Shown here in pieces: positions 1-6,218 of a stretch of DNA of 25,476 bases. The notes beneath the pieces were generated by a model. The model was not told where the DNA came from, ran no database searches, and saw only the letters and a program-made list of their open reading frames with translations. Where the stretch lies: positions 1 through 25,476 of the forward strand of contig JBFMAY010000049.1 in assembly GCA_040755455.1 (NCBI GenBank), read 5' to 3'. Within the stretch, counting starts at the first letter, position 1. Each line of letters starts with the position of its first letter. A program made the translations under genes and the position numbers. This DNA is from Thermodesulfobacteriota bacterium (GTDB lineage: Bacteria; Desulfobacterota; Desulfobulbia; Desulfobulbales; SURF-16).

Positions 1-439
1 GTAATTACTTGCACAATAAAAGAAAACATCACCAGAATCAAGCATTTTACTAAAAAAACAACAAGTCGATTGTGTTTCATCAACTTAATTCGTCAGGACA
101 AAATGCGTAAGTCCGACAGGCTCCTAGCGGAACAACAGGAGTGCAATGCCAGACGCAATATTTTTCGAACAGCGTACTTAATCCGTTAGTTTCTCAAACA
201 ATGTTTATTATAAAGATATATAGGGGTATATTCGGTATGCTTGACTTTATATGGATTTGCTTGATTTCAAATGAACAAATAAAATTGATTCGGTAATCAT
301 AATCATATGAAAACCGGATGATTTATGAGTTATAACGAATTAGTTGCTATCGATATTTGGAAGGATCAGGGAATTTTGTAAAAGTGATAATGATATGATG
401 TATTTCTTGCATACTGTCAAGATTTTTTAATGAGCCGTT

Positions 440-1060
440 TCACTTTTTTCCCCACAGAATCCTCCCCAGATGCTGCAGCTGCAGGGATGTTTCCACCCAG
501 CTTCCACTGTTATCGACGACATGGCCGGCCAGCAGCGCCTTTTTCATTAACGGCCATTGCGCCGCCATGGAATTTTCCGCCTCGGCTGCTGAAATGTGAT
601 CCCGCATCATGAGCCGCGCAACACATTTTCCCCGTGGAGCATACACCACAATGATGTGGGCGAACATGTCCTGCCAGTTTGCCTCATAAAGAAGCGGCAC
701 TTCGATGAGAAAAAGTTTCCGCCCGTTCACCCCGGCCTCATGCCGAATTTTTTCGAGCAGCTTCTGGCGGACAATGGGATGAATCTTTGCGTTGATCTGC
801 TGCCGCAACGACGCATCGGCAAACAGGGCCTGCCTCAGCAGTCGCTTATCGATTGTCCGGTCCTGCCGGACGAAACCGCTGTCAAGCTCTGCGATCACCT
901 GCCAGCACTCCTGGCCAGGCTGCATGAATTCATGCACAACCGCATCGGCATCCAAACAGATGACAGGAAACCTGCGGCACAAAAATCGAGCAGCGGAGCT
1001 TTTCCCCGAGCCCATACCGCCTGTCACCCCCGTCAGCACATACGTATCAGACAACCTCAT
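440..1060 (-). CDS. coaE: Dephospho-CoA kinase
   Basis: 206 aa; N-terminal GVTGGMGSGKS P-loop, DADAVVH, IHPIVR, EVPLLYE and VVDNSG motifs typical of CoaE. Confidence 0.93.
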   Translation of the reverse strand: MRLSDTYVLTGVTGGMGSGKSSAARFLCRRFPVICLDADAVVHEFMQPGQECWQVIAELDSGFVRQDRTIDKRLLRQALFADASLRQQINAKIHPIVRQKLLEKIRHEAGVNGRKLFLIEVPLLYEANWQDMFAHIIVVYAPRGKCVARLMMRDHISAAEAENSMAAQWPLMKKALLAGHVVDNSGSWVETSLQLQHLGRILWGKK

Positions 1061-1233
1061 CTCCTTGTTCCCTATTCCCTATGCCGGGTCCTCCTCGCTA
1101 TTATAGTGTACTTTCACCAGGAACAACACCAGCAAATTGCGGAAGAAATGGCGTATTGTCGCTAACAGTGGTAAGCTCTGCCGGGCAAGAAAAATCCTCA
1201 AACCACCCCAAGCAAAACCCGCAAGGACTTACA

Positions 1234-1512
1234 ATGGCTGACGTACCGGAGTTGACTCTGCAGTGTATTTACTGCGGCGGCAGGGCGGAAATCAGCGGCC
1301 GCTGAAGCAATGCCTCAGTAATCTGCACGGCGTGCGGAATGCAAGCAGCGGTTGGCGCTTACCAGGACCAGATCGAACAATGGCAAAACAGAGCATATGC
1401 CTATCTCACCTGCCCTCAACCGGCCGAACCATCAGCCAAGAAGGGGAAAAAGCTGTTTGAGCCCATTGGCAATAAATTCAACGCCAATGGCGGCCATGAA
1501 AAGCCCCATTAA
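1234..1512 (+). pseudogene. Small zinc-ribbon-like protein interrupted by an in-frame TGA (1303-1305)
   Basis: AAGGA RBS at 1223-1227, ATG 1234; hand translation MADVPELTLQCIYCGGRAEISGR*SNASVICTACGMQ...; two CxxC motifs in one frame on either side of the TGA; frame open to TAA 1510-1512. Confidence 0.5.
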
Positions 1513-2070
1513 TCTGGTGAAAACGTTGATGCCGGTTTTCCCCAGCATCTTGGCCACGCCGGGCGCCATCCGGAAACAGAGCCAGGTCAGAAAGGCCAGC
1601 AGGATAATCCCGGCCAGCAGGATAATATAATGCAGGCTGGAAGAGTAGCGCTGGGCATACAAAATTACCGTACTGATGGCGCCGGGCCCGGCCAGCAGCG
1701 GCGTGCCCAGGGGCACGACACCGCCGGTATCCCGGTCGGCGAAATCGTTTACTTCCTCTTCGGTCTGCTTTACCTGACTCACCCTGGCATGCAGCATGGA
1801 AATAGCCATGAGCAGGATGAGAATGCCGCCGCCCACCCTGAATGAACCAACGGTTATGCCGAAAAAGTCCAGCACCGCCTCGCCGGTAAAAAGAACCACA
1901 ACAAGAATAACCGCCACGGAAACAGCGGCCATCATCCCGGTCTTTCTGCGTTCCTCCTCCCGTTGGTCGGCAGTCAGGTTGATGTAGATCGGAATGGCCC
2001 CTACCGGATTGACAATGGCAAGGAGCGCGGCAAAAAATTTCAGATATTCGTTCCAGCTTCCAGTTTCCAT
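1432..2070 (-). CDS. MarC family integral membrane protein (YchE-like)
   Basis: AIVNPVGAIP, FRVGGGILI, VPLGTPLLAGPGAIS and TRLMGL motifs; start set at ATG 2070 (METGSWNEY) because the upstream extension in the ORF track does not resemble MarC. Confidence 0.9.
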   Translation of the reverse strand: METGSWNEYLKFFAALLAIVNPVGAIPIYINLTADQREEERRKTGMMAAVSVAVILVVVLFTGEAVLDFFGITVGSFRVGGGILILLMAISMLHARVSQVKQTEEEVNDFADRDTGGVVPLGTPLLAGPGAISTVILYAQRYSSSLHYIILLAGIILLAFLTWLCFRMAPGVAKMLGKTGINVFTRLMGLFMAAIGVEFIANGLKQLFPLLG

Positions 2071-2367
2071 CGGTACTGTGGGATTCTCAGCATTTTTTTG
2101 AGTTGTGGCGCGCCAAGTCCGCTTCGGATGATGGCACAGCAATTTGTCCTCTTCCCTGCCTGCGCAACGCATGATTTCATCGGCATTTTTTTTACCGAAC
2201 ACGCAACCGGCCAGGAAAGGGATAGCGGTGATCATACCACCAACCAGGTTTTGCAGCAATTTTTCCTATTCCATGCCCTGCAAATTTGCAATTTGGCCAT
2301 GGCGGACACAGAGGCGGCAAAATCATTTCAACAGACAGCATGACCAGCTCGCACCAGCCGGAGCGGC

Positions 2368-2988
2368 TCAGGCCTCCTGCTGTTTTCCCCCTTCAATGAT
2401 GCCTGCCGTCATCACGAACTGCATGGCTTTTTCCAACGGCACGTCCAGTGGCTCCACGGCAGACAGCGGCACCAGCGCCGTATACCCGCCTATCTGATAG
2501 CTCATGGGAAGATAGACCGCCACCCTCCCATCATCTAAACCTGCGCCAAACAACGACAAATCATTGCGCGTCACAAAGCCGACAAGCTTGATATCCGTCT
2601 GCCCTACCCGCACCATGACTACCTGACGCGGGTCTCTATTTTTCCCTTGGGAGAGAAAGGTAAGAAAATCACGTACCGCCCGGTAGATGCTTTTAATCAG
2701 CGGAACCCGGTAGATAAGGCTTTCTACTTTTTCAACCACTTTACGGGCGAAAAAATTCTCCATTACGAGGCCGATAAGAAAGATCATGACAACGCCGGCC
2801 GCAACGCCCATGCCCGGCCAGTACCAGCCCTCAGGCAAGGAAAACTTCAGCACCCCGCCCAGAACATCCTCAGCCGCGGTCATCAGCCAGACAAGCAGGT
2901 AAAACGTAGCCGCAATCGGCATAACAGCAATCAGACCGGTCAAAATTATTTTATTTAATCTACGGGAATAACTCATAAAAAATTTCAC
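2368..2988 (-). CDS. DUF502 domain membrane protein
   Basis: Two TM segments, RVPLIKSIY, GFVT and AVYLPMSYQIGGYT motifs; start could be ATG 2976. Confidence 0.85.
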   Translation of the reverse strand: MKFFMSYSRRLNKIILTGLIAVMPIAATFYLLVWLMTAAEDVLGGVLKFSLPEGWYWPGMGVAAGVVMIFLIGLVMENFFARKVVEKVESLIYRVPLIKSIYRAVRDFLTFLSQGKNRDPRQVVMVRVGQTDIKLVGFVTRNDLSLFGAGLDDGRVAVYLPMSYQIGGYTALVPLSAVEPLDVPLEKAMQFVMTAGIIEGGKQQEA

Positions 2989-3051
2989 TTAACCCTTACA
3001 TTAAAAAAACAAAGATGTAAAAAAAGCTGCTCATTCGAACATGCAACCATG

Positions 3052-3120
3052 GGCATTCCGGGCAAGGGAAGCTCGACCCGGAATCCATGGATTTTCTGGA
3101 TTCCCGCTGTCGGGAATGAC
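3052..3120. repeat. REP/dRS3-like composite palindrome
   Basis: ATTCCGGG(3055-3062)/CCCGGAAT(3077-3084), GGAATCCA(3080-3087)/TGGATTCC(3097-3104), ATTCCCG-ctgt-CGGGAAT(3100-3117), ending GGAATGAC. Confidence 0.65.
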
Positions 3121-3496
3121 ATGATTGCGCCATCTTGATTGCGAACTTGAATCAATAGCCAGCGGTTCCCCCATTATAATCGCAATATCGGTTACCGATA
3201 AAAATTATTTTAGCGCTCCATTTTATTTACAGAAGAAACAAACACGGGAAAGCTATCACATCGCCACACAGGTCAAAAGCTGCGGGCAAAACGACCAGTG
3301 TAGCCGAAACCGGCAGCAAATCCTTTGCCTGAACATGGAAGAAAGCTTGCAGTGATACGGGAATTAGTGTAAAAAAGGCAGTAATTTTCAGCGGAAATAA
3401 AGGCGCATTACTTTTATAACATCCGGCCTCCAGTAACAGTCGGCAACAACTCAATCAATATGCCGACCAGCAGACAGCTGGGAATATATCCCAAAA

Positions 3497-3572
3497 GCCC
3501 TCGTAGCTCAGTGGATAGAGCACAGGATTCCTAATCCTGGTGCCGCAGGTTCGATTCCTGCCGGGGGCACCA
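3497..3572 (+). tRNA. tRNA-Arg(CCT)
   Basis: 76-nt cloverleaf: GCCCTCG/CGGGGGC acceptor stem, AGTGGATA D-loop, CAGGA-TTCCTAA-TCCTG anticodon arm (CCT at 3530-3532), GCAGG-TTCGATT-CCTGC T arm, encoded CCA. Confidence 0.97.
3527..3572 (+). repeat. attL core (3' half of tRNA-Arg)
   Basis: 46-bp direct repeat with 5852-5897, one mismatch (G3560/A5885). Confidence 0.92.
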
Positions 3573-3620
3573 ATAATTTCAATTAGTTACATCATCACTA
3601 TAAGTGCGCCTTTGGACAAT

Positions 3621-3654
3621 TGGGTACGATTTTGGAACGATTTCCGTACCGAAA
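3621..3654 (+). repeat. GGGTACG repeat block, copy 1 (candidate integrase arm-type sites)
   Basis: TGGGTACGATTTTGGAACGATTTCCGTACCGAAA; 32/34 identical to 4607-4640. Confidence 0.85.
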
Positions 3655-3687
3655 AGCACCAGGATTTTTAGTTCTGGTGCTTTTTTT
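3652..3687. terminator. Bidirectional intrinsic terminator-like hairpin (unit 1)
   Basis: AAAAGCACCAGGA-TTTTTAG-TTCTGGTGCTTTTTTT, with A and T tracts on both sides. Confidence 0.75.
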
Positions 3688-3688
3688 A

Positions 3689-3834
3689 TGGCAGGGCAAG
3701 GATTTGCACCTTGCATGACAAGCGATTTGCTCCTACTCCCCTACTTGGATGACCTTCGGGTTTTGCATACGGCTTTTTGTCATCATTGAGAGCTTGCCTT
3801 CCCAGTTCATGCGTCTACCTATTCCGCACCTGCC
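3689..3834 (-). ncRNA. tRNA-like ncRNA with a ~90-nt insert replacing the anticodon arm (possibly skipping-rope motif class)
   Basis: Minus strand: GGCAGG-T-GCGGAATAGGTAGACGC-ATGA...TCAT-G-CAAGG-TGCAAAT-CCTTG-CCCTGCC-A, giving acceptor-, D- and T-like arms, followed directly by the terminator. Confidence 0.72.
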
Positions 3835-3846
3835 TCAAATTATATT

Positions 3847-4077
3847 TTATTCCAATTCCTTAACAACACAGCTTTCTGTCTCTGTATCAACAATTACTGT
3901 CAAATACTCACCATACTCAAACCATTTCCCACATAATTCCATAATACTTTCTTTTCTCTTTTTCTTGATAACCTCTATTTCTTCTTCGTTGACACCGCTT
4001 ACCTGTAGTTCTTCAAGGGCGTAGTCAATGGCATCATATAAAACATCGGGGTCTTTTAATGTGATTTCAATTTTCAT
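3847..4077 (-). CDS. Small acidic hypothetical protein, phage-like (76 aa)
   Basis: Clean ATG ORF directly downstream of the conserved TTGACA promoter. Confidence 0.75.
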   Translation of the reverse strand: MKIEITLKDPDVLYDAIDYALEELQVSGVNEEEIEVIKKKRKESIMELCGKWFEYGEYLTVIVDTETESCVVKELE

Positions 4078-4086
4078 AAATTTTTA

Positions 4087-4143
4087 TTTAATAATTATAT
4101 CTTTATGGTAGCATACTCCTACTAACTGTCAATGTGGACAACT
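4087..4143 (-). promoter_or_regulatory. Conserved 57-bp block, copy 1: DnaA-box-like TTGTCCACA, TTGACA-N16-TACCAT with extended -10 TG
   Basis: 52/57 identical to 4925-4981. Confidence 0.8.
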
Positions 4144-4159
4144 TTTGAGGAGAAGAGAA

Positions 4160-4603
4160 ATGAAAAGGAGATCGTTTTTTGTTTTTTTGATTGCTTTTGT
4201 GTTTGGTTTTTGTGTTTCCCAAATTAAAGATGCAAATGCCTCGGTCAGTGAGAAAGAGGCAATATCAAATTCGTCTTATTGGGGATTTATAAAAAACTAT
4301 GATAAGAAAAAATATGACAGTGAAAAAACAAGAGGCCTGACTGTGTTCCATGAGGTTGTTTATACAACTGGCAATGTAAGAAACCTAACTATCGTTTATG
4401 ATGAGATTTGGGAAGCGGATGACGCAGCATTTTTAACACCTGCTGAGATTCAAAAATATAAAAACGATTTGAATCATATAAAAATCTATTGGAAAAATGA
4501 CAAAGTTCAAGCTTATGTCATCGAAAGAAAATACACATCGACAGGAGCCCATGAGGTTACAGACATTTTTGATAGAGCCTATATTTTAAAAAATATGCGA
4601 TAA
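4160..4603 (+). CDS. Secreted hypothetical protein (147 aa)
   Basis: GAGGAG RBS, ATG 4160; MKRRSFF-hydrophobic-ANA signal peptide; stop codon lies 1 bp before repeat block 2. Confidence 0.8.
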   Translation: MKRRSFFVFLIAFVFGFCVSQIKDANASVSEKEAISNSSYWGFIKNYDKKKYDSEKTRGLTVFHEVVYTTGNVRNLTIVYDEIWEADDAAFLTPAEIQKYKNDLNHIKIYWKNDKVQAYVIERKYTSTGAHEVTDIFDRAYILKNMR

Positions 4604-4604
4604 C

Positions 4605-4640
4605 TCTGGGTACGATTTGGGTACGATTTCCGTACCGAAA
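4605..4640 (+). repeat. GGGTACG repeat block, copy 2 (junction between units)
   Basis: TCTGGGTACGATTTGGGTACGATTTCCGTACCGAAA; first 21 nt identical to copy 3, 3' part identical to copy 1. Confidence 0.88.
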
Positions 4641-4641
4641 C

Positions 4642-4681
4642 AAAAAAAAGAGCACAGGATTCCAAGTTCTGTTCTCTTTTT
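4642..4681. terminator. Bidirectional terminator-like hairpin (unit 2)
   Basis: AAAAAAAAGAGCACAGGA-TTCCAAG-TTCTGTTCTCTTTTT. Confidence 0.7.
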
Positions 4682-4738
4682 CATTTTGTTTTTCTATGTC
4701 GGCAAAATACTGGGTATATCAACGTGTCTACCCATTTC

Positions 4739-4915
4739 TTATGCAAGGTATTCCCTTATTTCTTCAAGCACACCACTAATTTCGTAAAACACTTTTGCTG
4801 GTTCATCGCCATACCCAAAGCTAACAATAAACCCGTTAGACGCTTTATTTACTGTAACACTTGTTCTTTTTGGCTTAGATTCAGCTAAGCCTGTTGTGGT
4901 AGTATCTTCTCCCAT
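4739..4915 (-). CDS. 58-aa hypothetical protein (absent from the ORF track)
   Basis: Hand translation MGEDTTTTGLAESKPKRTSVTVNKASNGFIVSFGYGDEPAKVFYEISGVLEEIREYLA*; ATG at the same distance from the conserved promoter as the unit-1 ORF. Confidence 0.7.
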   Translation of the reverse strand: MGEDTTTTGLAESKPKRTSVTVNKASNGFIVSFGYGDEPAKVFYEISGVLEEIREYLA

Positions 4916-4924
4916 ATTTTTTTC

Positions 4925-4981
4925 TTTAATAATTATACATTTATGATAGCATACTCCTATTAACTGTCAATGTGGATAACT
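4925..4981 (-). promoter_or_regulatory. Conserved 57-bp block, copy 2: perfect DnaA box TTATCCACA, TTGACA-N16-TATCAT with extended -10 TG
   Basis: 52/57 identical to 4087-4143. Confidence 0.8.
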
Positions 4982-4992
4982 GGAGAGTACAC

Positions 4993-5235
4993 ATGGATAG
5001 CAAAACATGGAAAATAGTTGCTGCTACTTGCACCGTTATAGGTTTGTTTCTTGGTTTTTTAGAATTATATTTCCGACCAAGTGTGCTTTTGTTGGAAAAT
5101 TCTAAAACTTATCCTGATTGGGCAAAATGGTTCAGGCTTGTGATGACGTCAGTAGCCCCAATTGCATACATTATTTTGGATGTTTTTGAGCACAAAAAAT
5201 CTAAAAAAAATAAACAGATTTCTGATAATCAATGA
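4993..5235 (+). CDS. Small two-TM membrane protein (80 aa), paralog A
   Basis: GGAGAG RBS before ATG 4993; two hydrophobic segments; shares APIAYIIxDVFEHKK with the next ORF. Confidence 0.8.
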   Translation: MDSKTWKIVAATCTVIGLFLGFLELYFRPSVLLLENSKTYPDWAKWFRLVMTSVAPIAYIILDVFEHKKSKKNKQISDNQ

Positions 5236-5471
5236 CCAAACGAGACCTGAAAATTATAACTGGGACACTAACTGTTGTCGGAATTATAATGGCAGTCTTG
5301 GAGCAATATTTTGCACCTGATTATTTAACATTCGGAAGTTCCCCGTTGGGTAAACCTTGGTTTATTTGGTTAAAACTGGCAATAACTTCTCTCGCCCCTA
5401 TCGCATATATTATCGTAGATGTTTTTGAGCATAAAAAAGGCAATATGGAGAAACGACATGAAAAGTACTGA
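5232..5471 (+). CDS. Small two-TM membrane protein (79 aa), paralog B
   Basis: ATGA overlap with paralog A; collinear similarity over its whole length. Confidence 0.8.
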   Translation: MTKRDLKIITGTLTVVGIIMAVLEQYFAPDYLTFGSSPLGKPWFIWLKLAITSLAPIAYIIVDVFEHKKGNMEKRHEKY

Positions 5472-5712
5472 ACAGGTTATGCCTGTCATCAAAAAAATCT
5501 ATGAAGAAAAATTACACAAAAATCAAAACGAGATTATCAAGTTAATAATTGACAAGAATCATAACTATATCGTTTTAAAAGATGACTGGAAAACGACAAT
5601 CCTAAGAAAAGACATTGATGATTACTTTGACCCACAAAAGGAAACAAAACAGAAAAGAGCTGCAGAACTCAAAATCATTCACGCCCTAGAAAACTTCGAG
5701 AAGATAGATTAG
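5458..5712 (+). CDS. Hypothetical soluble protein (84 aa)
   Basis: GGAG RBS, ATG 5458; TAG stop directly abuts repeat block 3. Confidence 0.7.
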   Translation: MKSTEQVMPVIKKIYEEKLHKNQNEIIKLIIDKNHNYIVLKDDWKTTILRKDIDDYFDPQKETKQKRAAELKIIHALENFEKID

Positions 5713-5733
5713 TCTGGGTACGATTTGGGTACG
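5713..5733 (+). repeat. GGGTACG repeat block, copy 3
   Basis: TCTGGGTACGATTTGGGTACG, identical to 4605-4625. Confidence 0.88.
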
Positions 5734-5851
5734 GAAAAGTTGGGAAACTATCGAAAATGAGGAAAAACAAGGGAAAGATTAGAAAGGAATTTTTATAATA
5801 TTTTTAATCATTTAAACGATTTTAGATAGTTACAAAAAAGGGTTAGTGGGA

Positions 5852-5897
5852 ATTCCTAATCCTGGTGCCGCAGGTTCGATTCCTACCGGGGGCACCA
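5852..5897 (+). repeat. attR core (duplicated tRNA-Arg 3' half)
   Basis: ATTCCTAATCCTGGTGCCGCAGGTTCGATTCCTACCGGGGGCACCA; starts just before the anticodon loop. Confidence 0.92.
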
Positions 5898-5903
5898 AAA
5901 AAC

Positions 5904-5955
5904 AATAAGGGACTTGCAAGCGAAATCAGCTTGTTGGTCCTTTATTTTGTTTTTT
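5904..5955 (+). terminator. Probable original tRNA terminator, now after attR
   Basis: AATAAGGGAC..CAAGC-loop-GCTTG..GTCCTTTATT hairpin followed by a T-rich tract. Confidence 0.55.
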
Positions 5956-6218
5956 ATGGAATCAGCACGACTCTCCAGATCATCAATAAAGCAAAAACCA
6001 AAAAATCGACAACTCTTTTGCTGGATCAGCGCAAAGAGATTGACATAAACTTGCGGTTTCATAACGCATTCCCTTTCGTACTTTGGCCAGGCAGCAAATC
6101 TGTCTTTGACATCTCCGTCTTTTTCTGCTTTGTTTGTAGCGGCGTAACTGATCAGGTCGACAGTCTGAAAAGAGCCGACTGACCAGGGAAAAGCGCAAAC
6201 AGGGAAGGTGGTCACCAC

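Larger units (their letters stand above)
3573..5897. mobile_element. Integrase-less ~2.3 kb genomic islet integrated in tRNA-Arg(CCT), made of two tandem units
   Basis: Flanking att duplication; visibly AT-rich compared with the GC-rich flanks; only short ORFs (at most ~150 aa); repeated internal scaffold. Confidence 0.88.

Noticed and set aside
1..430. AT-rich leader region as ncRNA or sigma54 promoter
   Set aside because: No correctly spaced TGGCAC-N5-TTGC and no convincing RNA structure; probably the upstream region of a gene outside the window.
4690..4745. Second tRNA-like RNA or 13-aa ORF in unit B (GAAATGGGTAGACACG on the minus strand)
   Set aside because: The D-loop-like word has no T arm or acceptor stem; only a 6-bp TGGGTA/TACCCA hairpin is present, which is too weak to call.
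3621..5733. CRISPR array or integron attC interpretation of the island repeats
   Set aside because: Repeats are ~1 kb apart and enclose divergent genes; no RYYYAAC...GTTRRRY attC structure and no cas or intI gene is visible.
5852..5897. Second tRNA gene
   Set aside because: Only the 3' half is present, with no D arm or 5' acceptor strand; it is the att duplication.
5950..6218. TPP riboswitch upstream of the NMT1/THI5-type ABC operon
   Set aside because: The conserved CTGAGA and ACCTGAT...GCGNAGG elements are not present, so the substrate is left unassigned.
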